DNA from: Longimicrobiales bacterium
Lineage (GTDB): Bacteria; Gemmatimonadota; Gemmatimonadetes; Longimicrobiales; Gaopeijiaceae
Direction: 5' to 3'
Assembly (NCBI GenBank): GCA_033722275.1
Contig: JAWVZK010000001.1
Coordinates: 1-52,694 of the forward strand
Length of the DNA stretch: 52,694 nucleotides
The notes under the pieces are model-generated. The model made no database searches. It was given only the letters and a program-made list of their open reading frames with translations, and was not told the DNA's origin. Positions 26,214-35,463 of this stretch are shown here, piece after piece. Every line of letters begins with the position of its first letter. Position 1 is the stretch's first letter. The position numbers were made by a program, and so were the translations under genes.

Positions 26214-27788
26214 TCAGCGGATCATGGCGTCCACCAGAACGAGGGCGACGCCGATGACCGCGCCGAGGACGTAGCCCAGGCGCACGATCAGCTTGAGCTC
26301 CCGGTCCGTCACCTTGCGGACCAGCTCCTCCATCCGGGGCGTGGGGAAGTGCAGGACCTTATCCTCGACGCGTCGAGCCACGTCGATCCTCTCCACGACG
26401 GCCGGGACCTGAGTCTGGAGCCATGCCCAGATGGGGTCGGACAGAGCCGCCTCGATCCGCTCGGGTCCGTCGTCGGGAAGCCACCGGGCGGGGGTTCCGA
26501 CGGGACGCTCCATGACCCGATTGGCCATGCGCCGGGCTCCGGTGTGGGCCACGTTGCGAGCCGTGTCGGTGCGTGCGGCGGTGACCATGAGCTCGGCGAT
26601 CCGCTCGGGAGGCATGCCACCCAGGAGGTCCCCCCACGTCTTCGCTCCCGCCTTCTCCAGACCGACGTGGAGCTTCTCCACTAAGAACTCGTGGGTCCCC
26701 GGGTCCCGAGCCATGCCCACGACCCACCCGGTGAGGGTCTCGCGAGCCTCCACCAGGTTGGGGTCGTCCGGCTCGCCCAGGACTTCCCGGACCGGTCTCC
26801 GCAGGAAGTCGACGATGGCCTGATTCACGCCCCGGGCCATCGCCTCCTGGACCGCCGGATCCCGGAGGATCTCGGAGAGCCGCTCCGCGCCCTCCGCCTC
26901 GATGGTGTCCAACACCTTGTCGACGGTCTCCTCCGTCATCACCACGCGGGCCACGACACGCTGATGGAACTTCAGGTCGCGTAGGAACCGGTGCAGGAGG
27001 TCGTGGATGGTGGCCTCGAAGCGGGCTCGGGCCTTGGGGTCCTCCAGCAGCCCGCCGAGCCGTTCCGCTGCGAGCGGGAGGTAGCTGGCGATGGCCTTCT
27101 CGATGGAGGAGACCAGACCCAGGGGGAGGATCTCCTCGAAGGTCCTTCCCGGGGCCAGCAGCTTGTGCGAGACCCGGGCCAGGTAGTCCGACACGGCGTC
27201 GTGGAAGTCCCGGCTTCCGACGGCGTTCTGGAGCCACTCCTCCACCGCGGCCTCCAGGGCATGCTCCCGCGCCGGGGTGAGCACTCCCTCCACGGGCTCG
27301 TCCGCGATGGCATCCACCAGATCGGAAGCCCGACGAAGCATGGCCTCCTCGAAGGCCGTCGACGCCACGTACGCCTGGAGCTGATCCAGACCCCGCTCCA
27401 GCGCCTCGTCCACGAGGGCGTCGACGTCGTCGCGGACTCCGGCGGGGACCAGGTCGCGGAGGGAGCCTCGCTCGGTGTGGAGGACCTCGTCGAGGAAGTC
27501 GGCCAGGCGCTGGTCGAAGGCTCTCCGGAACTCGATGTTGGCGAAGGTGCGGGTGAGGTCTTCGGGCGTCAGGAGCCGATTGCCCACGGTACGCCCGATG
27601 GCCGACGCCAGACGAGGCTGGTTCTTCGGCACCGCGCCGTGGAGGAACCCGATCCGCCATCGACCGAGGAGCCGGGGAGGCTCGTAGGGATGGAAGAGCA
27701 TCCACACCGCGACGGTGTTGGTGAGACCCCCGGCGAGAGCGCCGAAGGCGATCTTCACCACGGCGAGCAGGACCTCGTCGGTGGGCAC
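26214..27788 (-). CDS. DUF445-family membrane protein
   Basis: N-terminus ...FGALAGGLTNTVAVWMLFHPYEP...GAVPKNQPRLASAIG... and C-terminus ...ELKLIVRLGYVLGAVIGV... are typical of DUF445/YheB-like proteins. GTG start. Confidence 0.82.
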   Translation of the reverse strand: MPTDEVLLAVVKIAFGALAGGLTNTVAVWMLFHPYEPPRLLGRWRIGFLHGAVPKNQPRLASAIGRTVGNRLLTPEDLTRTFANIEFRRAFDQRLADFLDEVLHTERGSLRDLVPAGVRDDVDALVDEALERGLDQLQAYVASTAFEEAMLRRASDLVDAIADEPVEGVLTPAREHALEAAVEEWLQNAVGSRDFHDAVSDYLARVSHKLLAPGRTFEEILPLGLVSSIEKAIASYLPLAAERLGGLLEDPKARARFEATIHDLLHRFLRDLKFHQRVVARVVMTEETVDKVLDTIEAEGAERLSEILRDPAVQEAMARGVNQAIVDFLRRPVREVLGEPDDPNLVEARETLTGWVVGMARDPGTHEFLVEKLHVGLEKAGAKTWGDLLGGMPPERIAELMVTAARTDTARNVAHTGARRMANRVMERPVGTPARWLPDDGPERIEAALSDPIWAWLQTQVPAVVERIDVARRVEDKVLHFPTPRMEELVRKVTDRELKLIVRLGYVLGAVIGVALVLVDAMIR

Positions 27789-27791
27789 CGC

Positions 27792-28751
27792 TCACCGCCG
27801 CTGGTGGACGACGATGCCGTGAACCGGGAATGTCCCATCCGCCGTGGAGAGCTCGCCCACCACCTCGTACAGCGCGCGTACGGGGAGGAGGGGCCCCGGT
27901 CCGTCGCCAGGCTGGATCTCCGCCGACAGCGCTTCCAGCGCCCCTTGCATCGAGCCGTCCGACGAAGAGACGTCCCATTCCACGGGCACGTCCCGACGCG
28001 CGGGGGGGAAGGCCTCCGTGCGGCTCCACGCGAGGCGCACCTCCGGCCACTGCACGTTCTCTTCGCCCAGGGTGCCCCATGCCCGGTACCGCGGCTCCGT
28101 CTCGCCGCCGTGCTCCTCGTCGGCGGCGAGAACGAAATGCGCCGAGTCTCCAGCAAGGAGGAAGGCCCAGTCGCCTCCGGCGGACCGGTCCCCGGCGGTG
28201 GCGCGAGCCATGTCCAGGACCCTCCCGTCGATCCGCTGGTCGGCGAGGTATGCGGATCCCTCGAGAACCTGGAAGGAGCCGCCTCGCGCGCCGGTCCACG
28301 GGGTGCCTCCCTCTCCGAGGATGATCTCCAGGCTCCGGGGCGGATCCTCGAACACGATCCCGTCGACGGCTCCTTCGTCGCTCACCAGTATGCCCAATCC
28401 GGGGTAGGGGAGGATCCGCCCCGGCGCGCGGGTCGGGGGCGTCCACCACCGCTCGGCGTAGAAACGGTCCCAGACCCCCCCTCGGGCGATCCACCCCTCC
28501 GCTTCCCGGAGCACGGAATCCGGCATCTCCGTGGTCTCCATGAGCCACGGCACGATGAAGACACTGTCCTGTTCCAGCGAGGCGAACACGAAGTTGCGCT
28601 CGTAGACGCTTTCGACGAAGTCCCCCTCCTCGACAGGCGGCATCCTGGGGTCCGACCCCTGAGAGGACGGCTCCTGGGGGTCGCCGCATCCCAGAGAGAG
28701 CAGGAGGAAGATCGAAGCGACCCGCAAGGGCTTTCCGAGACGGTCGCTCAC
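27792..28751 (-). CDS. Lipoprotein of unknown function
   Basis: Lipobox LLLSLGC. Soluble, beta-rich sequence. GTG start overlapping the upstream stop (GTGA). No family confidently recognised. Confidence 0.7.
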   Translation of the reverse strand: MSDRLGKPLRVASIFLLLSLGCGDPQEPSSQGSDPRMPPVEEGDFVESVYERNFVFASLEQDSVFIVPWLMETTEMPDSVLREAEGWIARGGVWDRFYAERWWTPPTRAPGRILPYPGLGILVSDEGAVDGIVFEDPPRSLEIILGEGGTPWTGARGGSFQVLEGSAYLADQRIDGRVLDMARATAGDRSAGGDWAFLLAGDSAHFVLAADEEHGGETEPRYRAWGTLGEENVQWPEVRLAWSRTEAFPPARRDVPVEWDVSSSDGSMQGALEALSAEIQPGDGPGPLLPVRALYEVVGELSTADGTFPVHGIVVHQRR

Positions 28752-29179
28752 GCCGACTCCCTGGCGCGCGCCACGCTCGCGGAGTCGAGGATCTGACCGG
28801 GCCCGGCGTTCAGCTCACGGTCGAGGGCGCGGGTGAAGCGACCGATGAGGCGTCGGCCTCGACCCCAGTCGCCGCGTTCCGTTCGCGCGGACGTGGTGGC
28901 GTCCATCCTCGTCTGACCGTTCTCGTCGAGGCCGATGGTGATGGTGACCTCGGTCTCCCTGCTCCGGAAGGGCGTACGGTGGAGGGCGTCGATCCGTCCG
29001 CTGCGATCATCGTCGAGCACGACGGTCCAGCCACGCAGCTTGCCACGGATGACCCGGAGGGAAGCCTGCCACACCCCTTCGAAGGGAATGGTGTAGGTGC
29101 GCCCCCGGAGCCGGTGGTCGTCGGCGTCCGGTGATGTCGCCGCCGTCCTCTCGGTGAGCCCCCGCAGCAAGACGTTCAA
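28748..29179 (-). CDS. Small protein, DUF1499-like (tentative)
   Basis: ...RIDALHRTPFRSRETEVTITIG...TTSARTERGDWGRGRRLIGRFTRAL... resembles the DUF1499 C-terminal pattern. The only in-frame start is TTG 29179 (TTGA overlap with the SIMPL stop), so the start is uncertain. Confidence 0.6.
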   Translation of the reverse strand: MNVLLRGLTERTAATSPDADDHRLRGRTYTIPFEGVWQASLRVIRGKLRGWTVVLDDDRSGRIDALHRTPFRSRETEVTITIGLDENGQTRMDATTSARTERGDWGRGRRLIGRFTRALDRELNAGPGQILDSASVARARESA

Positions 29180-29991
29180 TCACGGGCCTCCGGACCCAGG
29201 GCGAAACGGATGGACACCGTCGCCGTCACCGTCTGGTCTCCGGCTTCCACGGGCGTCGGCGCAGCCTGAGCCGCCTCCATCGCCACGGCCATGCCGCCTC
29301 GGAAGGTCAGGGGGCGCGGCGTCTGAGCCCCTCCGTTGACCTCCATGGGTACCCCCAGCTCGTAGCCCAGCGCCCTCGCGATGACCGTGGCCTCCGTCCG
29401 GGCATCCCGCACGGCCATGGCCATGGCCTCGTTCCGCGCGTCCCCGGTGTCCGAGGCGAAGAAGGAGATACCCGCGACGCGATTCGCTCCGGCGCCGATG
29501 GCGGTGTCGATGATCCGACCCACTGCGTTCACGTCGGACGTGGTGGCGCGCACGTTGTTCAAGGCCGTGTAGGCCACGATCTCTCGCGTCCTCCGCTCGG
29601 GATCGGCCTGGTACTCCGGGCGGAGAGAGTAGCCGAAGCTCTCCAGCTCGAGGCCCTGGACGTTCGCCTGGCGGATCGCCTGCAGGACGGCGTCCATCCG
29701 CTCGGCGTTCTGCGTCGCCGCGTCGGCGGCGTCCTGAGCCCGGGTCTCCACGGCGAAGGCCACGGTGGCCCGGTCGGGCGAGACGTCCACGCTGGCGCTT
29801 CCGTCCACCTGGATCCATCCGCGCTCCGACGCCTCCTGGGCGGCGGCCGCCATCCGTTCCGACGGGATCTCGTAGATGTGCGGCCGTTGCAGATCCTGCG
29901 GGCCCGAGGGAGCCGCCTGGCTCCCGGCCGACGGACCCGAGCACGCCGTGAGGACCAGCGCCAGAAGGGTGCTCTGTGTCGTCTTCGTCAT
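29176..29991 (-). CDS. SIMPL-domain (DUF541) lipoprotein
   Basis: Lipobox LVLTAC, then the SIMPL pattern ...IQVDGSASVDVSPDRATVAFAVET...AYTALNNVRAT...VEAGDQTVTATVSIRFAL. ATG 29991 lies inside track ORF 29176..31224. Confidence 0.85.
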   Translation of the reverse strand: MTKTTQSTLLALVLTACSGPSAGSQAAPSGPQDLQRPHIYEIPSERMAAAAQEASERGWIQVDGSASVDVSPDRATVAFAVETRAQDAADAATQNAERMDAVLQAIRQANVQGLELESFGYSLRPEYQADPERRTREIVAYTALNNVRATTSDVNAVGRIIDTAIGAGANRVAGISFFASDTGDARNEAMAMAVRDARTEATVIARALGYELGVPMEVNGGAQTPRPLTFRGGMAVAMEAAQAAPTPVEAGDQTVTATVSIRFALGPEARD

Positions 29992-30135
29992 CCTGTCTGC
30001 CTCCGTCCTTCGGATACCGGAACCCTTCGAGGTCCCATGTCGCCGGGATCGGAGGGTCGCTGCCTTAGCCTCGACCCCGGAACCGGTTATAGTGTGGCGC
30101 GCTCCGTCCCTCGTCGCCACAACTCCGCGAAAAAG

Positions 30136-31137
30136 ATGAAAGCCGTCATCCCCCTGGCCGGGAAGGGCACCCGGCTTCGCCCTCAGACCCATCATACGCC
30201 GAAGCCCCTCCTCAAGGTCGCCGGCAAACCGGTCCTCGCCTACATCCTGGACGACCTCGTCGCGCTGGGGGTCCGGGAGATCGTCTTCATCGTCGGTCAT
30301 CTCCGGGACGAGATCGAGGCGTGGATCGCCCGGGAGTATCCCGACCTGACGGGGCATTACGTCGTGCAGGAAGTGCAGGACGGCACCGCGGGCGCCATCG
30401 CCCTCGCCGAACCGTACGTGGACGAGGAGCTCCTCGTGATCTTCGCCGACGCCGTCCTGGAGGTGGACTACGGGTTGACCCGGACGTTGGACCGGGAATA
30501 CGGCGCCCTGATCTGGGCGAAGGAGGTGGAGGACTACCAGCGGTACGGGGTCATCGTCACCAACGACGACGGGACGATGCAGCGAATCGTGGAGAAGCCC
30601 AGGGAACCCGTGTCCAAACTCGCGAACATCGGCCTCTACTACATCCGGGATCACGAGCTCCTCTTCGAAGGCGTCCGCCATACGCTGGAGAGCGAGCCCG
30701 GGCCCTCGGGGGAGTTCTACCTCACCGACGCCTTCCAATACATGGTCGACCAGGGGAGCCGGATCGTCACCGCACCCGTCGAGGGATGGTGGGACGCGGG
30801 AAAGCCGGAGACGCTTCTGGAGACCAACGAGCATCTCCTCCGGACCCGGCGCGGTGGGGTGGACCCCGAGGCCCGCGTCGAGGGCGCCGATATCGTGGCG
30901 CCGGTGAGGATCGAGGCGGGGGTCGAGATCCGGGGGGGCTCCATCGGGCCCAACGTGACCCTGGAGGGGGGCGTCTCCGCCCACGACTGCGAGATCCGCG
31001 ACGCGGTCGTGGGGCCCCATGCGCGACTGCGCTCGGTGCGTCTCCACGATTCCCTGGTCGGATCCCACGCGGAGGTCGCGCGTTTTTCGGGAAGCGCACT
31101 CCTGGCGGACCATACCGTGATCGAGGGAGACGGCTGA
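30136..31137 (+). CDS. Sugar-phosphate nucleotidyltransferase with C-terminal left-handed beta-helix
   Basis: N-terminal MKAVIPLAGKGTRLRP...PKPLL motif, then EKP...ANIGLYY. C-terminal hexapeptide-like repeats. ATG 30136 lies inside track ORF 29878..31137. Confidence 0.88.
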   Translation: MKAVIPLAGKGTRLRPQTHHTPKPLLKVAGKPVLAYILDDLVALGVREIVFIVGHLRDEIEAWIAREYPDLTGHYVVQEVQDGTAGAIALAEPYVDEELLVIFADAVLEVDYGLTRTLDREYGALIWAKEVEDYQRYGVIVTNDDGTMQRIVEKPREPVSKLANIGLYYIRDHELLFEGVRHTLESEPGPSGEFYLTDAFQYMVDQGSRIVTAPVEGWWDAGKPETLLETNEHLLRTRRGGVDPEARVEGADIVAPVRIEAGVEIRGGSIGPNVTLEGGVSAHDCEIRDAVVGPHARLRSVRLHDSLVGSHAEVARFSGSALLADHTVIEGDG

Positions 31138-31139
31138 CG

Positions 31140-32321
31140 CTAGCCGTCTGCGACTCCCGCTGCGGCCAGGAGCGTATAGAGGGCGCGGACGATCCCGTCG
31201 GGCCCGCCCTCGTTTCGATACCATTCGTCGGTGGTGTGTGCCTTCCCCGCGTCACCCCCTCCTCCCAGCGTGATGGCCGGGATGTTCCGTGTCATGGGGA
31301 TGTTGGCGTCCGTGGAGGAGATGGTGGTGCACGGCTCGTACCCCAGGAGCCGCGTGGCCGCCATCGCCGCCTGGACCAGCTCCGAGTTCTCGTCCGTGCG
31401 CCCGCCGGGCCGGTCTCCGATGACGTCGATCTGGAACTCGAGATCCTCCTCCTTCTGCTGAGCCTCGGTGACCGCGCCGCGGATCTCCCCGGCCAGGGCC
31501 TCCAGCCGCCCCTGGCTCGTGGAGCGCGCGTCGATCTCCATCCACGCTTCCTGGGGAATGGCGTTGATGCTCTTCCCTCCTCCCAGGCGGGCGACGGTGA
31601 GGGTCGTCTTGGGCTCCCGCTCCAGCTTCAGCCCGGCCATTCGTGAGGCCAGCTCGGCCAGAGCGTGGGCCGGATTCGGGGTCCCCCAGTCCGTCCAGGA
31701 GTGGCCTCCGGGGCCGAAGATCGTGACGCGGAACCGGCGCGATCCGAGGCCCTCGGTGACGATCCGCTCCATGCCCGCCCCGTCCAACGAGATGAAGCCC
31801 CGGGCCTGGCGAGCGGCCCCGGTGGGCCCGAAAAGCTCCTTCACCCCTCGCAGGTCACCCGCTCCTTCCTCTCCGACGGTGGCCACGAAGAGGAGAGGGG
31901 CCGATGTCCGCAGATCCGCCGCTGCCATGGCGCGCGCCAGCGCCACCAGACAGGCCAGACCCCGCCCGTCGTCGGAGATGCCCGGACCGTAGAGGACGTC
32001 GCCCTCGCGGCGGACGGTCAGGTCGGTCTCCGGCGGGAAGACGGTGTCCAGGTGGGCGGAGACGACCAGGGGCGGCCCCTCGTCCGCGCCCGCCCGCTTC
32101 GCGACCACGTTGCCCACGGCATCGACGGCGACATCGGACAGGCCCGCGGCCTCCAAAAGGCCGGCGACCGCGGCTCCCCTGCGTCGCTCCTGAAAGGGGG
32201 GCGCCGGGATCTCGGTGATCCGGATCTGGAGGGCGACGGTGGCCTCGTCACGGTCGCGGAGGAATGTGGCGGCCGTCGTCACGTCCGGTCGCTCCGAAAG
32301 GGTCCGGAGGCCCTGATCCAT
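31140..32321 (-). CDS. M20-family metallopeptidase (peptidase T / deacylase-like)
   Basis: ...VVSAHLDTVFP..., ...GISDDGRGL..., ...ATVGEEGAGDLRG..., ...GGHSW.... ATG 32321 (MDQGLRTL...) chosen; longer N-termini up to 32414 are possible. Confidence 0.83.
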   Translation of the reverse strand: MDQGLRTLSERPDVTTAATFLRDRDEATVALQIRITEIPAPPFQERRRGAAVAGLLEAAGLSDVAVDAVGNVVAKRAGADEGPPLVVSAHLDTVFPPETDLTVRREGDVLYGPGISDDGRGLACLVALARAMAAADLRTSAPLLFVATVGEEGAGDLRGVKELFGPTGAARQARGFISLDGAGMERIVTEGLGSRRFRVTIFGPGGHSWTDWGTPNPAHALAELASRMAGLKLEREPKTTLTVARLGGGKSINAIPQEAWMEIDARSTSQGRLEALAGEIRGAVTEAQQKEEDLEFQIDVIGDRPGGRTDENSELVQAAMAATRLLGYEPCTTISSTDANIPMTRNIPAITLGGGGDAGKAHTTDEWYRNEGGPDGIVRALYTLLAAAGVADG

Positions 32322-32373
32322 GTTCGTCACCCCGGGTCCTTGTGGCATCGCCACCCTCACTCTCATCCACGAT

Positions 32374-32470
32374 CCGTTACGCCGAGCCGCCCCCCGAGCT
32401 CGCACCGTCGTCATGAGTTACGGGCCCGTTACAGGTGAGGCCCTGGGCCGTTACGAACCGCCGGTAACGT
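32374..32470. promoter_or_regulatory. Array of phased (C)CGTTAC repeats in the divergent M20 / TBDR promoter region
   Basis: GTTAC at 32376, 32417, 32428 and 32450 (spacings 41, 11 and 22 nt), plus inverted CCGGTAACGT at 32461-32470. That inverted copy is the exact reverse complement of ACGTTACCGG upstream of pstS (41900-41909). Confidence 0.4.
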
Positions 32471-32541
32471 TGAATCACATGAAAAGGGAGCGCGGGGCTC
32501 CTTCATGCAATCGGTTCCACGTCCAACGAACGGAAGGAGCA

Positions 32542-35355
32542 ATGGACAACCTACGAAAGCGACGCGGCGGCGTCGCGGTCATGCTGGCCCTCCTGGGCTT
32601 CATGGCCGGTTCCGCGGCCGCTCAGGAGACCGGTCGGATCGTCGGCCGGGTCCTGGACGCGGAGACGGGGCAGGCCCTCTCCAGCGTCCAGGTCTACATA
32701 TCGGACGGCTCGTACGGAGCCCTCACATCGCTGGACGGGCGCTACGTCATCCGTAGCGTCCCGGCCGGCACCTACGACGTCACCGCCCAGAACATCGGCT
32801 ACGGAACGAAGACGGTGACCGGCGTGACCGTGTCGGGCGGGCAGTCGACCGAGCTCGACATCACCCTGACCTCGCAGGCGGTGCAGCTGGAGGAGCTGGT
32901 CATCACGTCCGAGGCCCAGCGCGGCTCGACGACGGCCCTCCTGACCGAGCGGAAGCTCTCGGCGGTGGTCTCCGACGGGATCGGGGCGGATCAGATCTCG
33001 CGCTCTCCCGACGGCGACGCCGCCGCGGCGCTCAAGAGGGTTCCGGGCCTCTCCGTGGTGGACGGGAAGTACGCGTACGTCCGGGGGCTCGGCGAACGGT
33101 ACAGCGCGACCACGCTCAACGGCGCCCCCCTCGCCTCACCGGAGCCCGACAAGAAGGTGATCCCGCTGGACCTGATCCCGTCGGATCTGCTCCAGAGCAT
33201 CGTCACCTCGAAGAGCTACTCTCCGGATCAGCCCGGAGACTACGCCGGGGGACTGGTCCAGCTCGAGACGAGGGACTTTCCCTCGAACCGCATCTTCAAC
33301 ATCGGCGTCTCCGCCGGCTGGAACTCGGTGGCGACCCGGGCCACGGGTCTCGGGTACGCGGGAGGGGATCTCGACTTCCTGGGATTCGACGACGGCAGTC
33401 GAGGCTTGCCGGGGCTTATCCCCTCGGATCTCGCCGTCACTCGCTCCAACTTCTCCGACACACAGCTCGAGGCCATGGGTGAGGCCTTCGGAGGCGACTG
33501 GGGGCCGACACCACGCAAGCTGCCCTTCAACGGGGGTCTGGGGCTCTCGTACGGTGACGACTTCAACCTCGGCGAGAGCCAGCGGGCGGGCTTCATCGCC
33601 TCGGTGAACTACTCGGCCGACCAGAGCCTGCGGGCCAATTCCATCGAGCGCGTCTTCGCGGCCTCCGGCGTGGACGACCCCGAGGTGGATTACCGAGGCA
33701 CCGTCGCCGAGCAGGCCGTGACGGTGGGAGGGCTTCTCAACTTCACGTATCAGCCCCGACCGACGGACCAGGTCAAGTTGGCCACGGTCTACAACCACCA
33801 GTCCTCCGACGTGGCCCGGATCTACGAGGGCTTCAACCTCGATTCGAGCACCGATCAGTGGAACTCACAGCTGCAGTACCTCGAGCAGACGCTGGTCAAC
33901 GGCCAGCTCGAGGGTGAGCACCTCCTCGGTTTCCTCGCCGACGCCACGCTGTCCTGGCGCGGCGCCCTGACCCGCGCGTCTCGTTACGAGCCTAGCACGC
34001 GAGAGGCCCTCTACCAGGAGTTCGACGGAGACTACATCTGGGACGACTTCATCCAGAGCGGGTCGGTCTTCCACCAGGACATGGTCGACGACGGCTGGAG
34101 CGCGGGAGGTGCCCTGAAGCTGCCCTTCGAGCTCGGGGACACGCCGGGCTCGTTCTCCGTGGGCGGAAGCACCGACCGGAAGGACCGGACGGCGTTCACG
34201 CGCCGCTTCCGCTTCCGCCCCCGGGGTGACCTCATCGACAGCGAGGCGAGGATGCTCGGTCCGAACGAGCTCTTCACCGACCAATACATCGATCCCGACG
34301 GCTTCGTGATCCAGGAAGCCACGTTCCGCACCGACAACTACGATGCGCAGCAGGAGGTCGATGCCGGCTACGCGATGCTCGACATGGAGGTCGTGGACGG
34401 CCTCCGGGTATCCGGTGGTGCGCGCGTGGAGCAGTCGCTCCAGACCGTGAGCCCGAAGGACCTCTGGGATGTCGGAGGACTCGATCCCGTCGAGGGAGCG
34501 GAGCGCGAATCCACCGATGTGCTGCCGGCGTTGAATGTGACGGTTCAACTCAGCGAGACGATGAATCTCCGCGCCAGCGCGTCCCGGACCCTGGCTCGGG
34601 CGCAGCTCCGCGAGCTGGCTCCCTTCTCCTTCGCCGACTATGCCGGCGGGTATCTGGTGATCGGCAACCCCAGCTTGTCCAGGTCGCGCATCGACAACTA
34701 TGACCTGCGCTACGAGTGGTTCGGCGGGCCGCAGACGGTCTTCGCCGTGAGCACCTTCTACAAGAAGTTCGACGATCCCATCGAGGTCTCCGTGCTTCCG
34801 AGCTCGGAGCTCCTGAAGACCTGGGTCAACGCGGACGGTGCCGACAACTACGGCGTGGAGCTCGAGGTCCGCTCGGATCTGGGCTTCCTCTCGGGCGGCC
34901 TGGAGAGCCTGTCGGTGAACGGGAATCTCACGCTCGTCCAGTCGGAGGTCACGAACGGGTCGAGCATCCGGGTCTATCTGCCGGGCACCGGCGAGACCGA
35001 TCTCGCCGTGGTCTCCACCAATCGGGCGCTACAGGGCCAGTCGCCCTACGTGGCCAATGCGGGTCTCACGTGGGCGCCGCTGGACGGCGGCCTGACGGCC
35101 ACCGTCCTCTTCAACCGCTTCGGTCGTCGCATCGACGCCGTCGGCGGTCAGGCCACGCCGGACATCTACGAAGAAGCCAGGAGCCAGCTCGACGCCGTCG
35201 TCGAGTGGCCCATCCGCGGGGGCTGGAGGGCGAAGCTCTCCGCATCCCGACTCATCGGGAATGAAGTCGAGTTCACCCAGGGAGGCGGGCTACTCAGATC
35301 CTACGATCTGGGCCGTTCCGTCTCGCTCGGGGTCAGTTGGGGCATCGGACGGTGA
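32542..35355 (+). CDS. TonB-dependent receptor with N-terminal CarboxypepD_reg-like domain
   Basis: Signal peptide, then a carboxypeptidase-regulatory-like domain (GRIVGRVLDAETGQALSSVQVYI...DGRYVIRSVPAGTYDV). Plug domain (...AALKRVPGLSVVDGKYAYVRGLGERYS...) and a long beta-barrel. SD GGAAGGAG before ATG 32542. Confidence 0.9.
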   Translation: MDNLRKRRGGVAVMLALLGFMAGSAAAQETGRIVGRVLDAETGQALSSVQVYISDGSYGALTSLDGRYVIRSVPAGTYDVTAQNIGYGTKTVTGVTVSGGQSTELDITLTSQAVQLEELVITSEAQRGSTTALLTERKLSAVVSDGIGADQISRSPDGDAAAALKRVPGLSVVDGKYAYVRGLGERYSATTLNGAPLASPEPDKKVIPLDLIPSDLLQSIVTSKSYSPDQPGDYAGGLVQLETRDFPSNRIFNIGVSAGWNSVATRATGLGYAGGDLDFLGFDDGSRGLPGLIPSDLAVTRSNFSDTQLEAMGEAFGGDWGPTPRKLPFNGGLGLSYGDDFNLGESQRAGFIASVNYSADQSLRANSIERVFAASGVDDPEVDYRGTVAEQAVTVGGLLNFTYQPRPTDQVKLATVYNHQSSDVARIYEGFNLDSSTDQWNSQLQYLEQTLVNGQLEGEHLLGFLADATLSWRGALTRASRYEPSTREALYQEFDGDYIWDDFIQSGSVFHQDMVDDGWSAGGALKLPFELGDTPGSFSVGGSTDRKDRTAFTRRFRFRPRGDLIDSEARMLGPNELFTDQYIDPDGFVIQEATFRTDNYDAQQEVDAGYAMLDMEVVDGLRVSGGARVEQSLQTVSPKDLWDVGGLDPVEGAERESTDVLPALNVTVQLSETMNLRASASRTLARAQLRELAPFSFADYAGGYLVIGNPSLSRSRIDNYDLRYEWFGGPQTVFAVSTFYKKFDDPIEVSVLPSSELLKTWVNADGADNYGVELEVRSDLGFLSGGLESLSVNGNLTLVQSEVTNGSSIRVYLPGTGETDLAVVSTNRALQGQSPYVANAGLTWAPLDGGLTATVLFNRFGRRIDAVGGQATPDIYEEARSQLDAVVEWPIRGGWRAKLSASRLIGNEVEFTQGGGLLRSYDLGRSVSLGVSWGIGR

Positions 35356-35463
35356 CCATCCGTCGGATGCCCACCTGCTCCGCCGCATAGGATGGCGGGG
35401 CGCACAGGTGGGCCGCGAGAGGCGCGGCCCGAAAACAGCATTCCTCCACAGGAGACGACGAAG

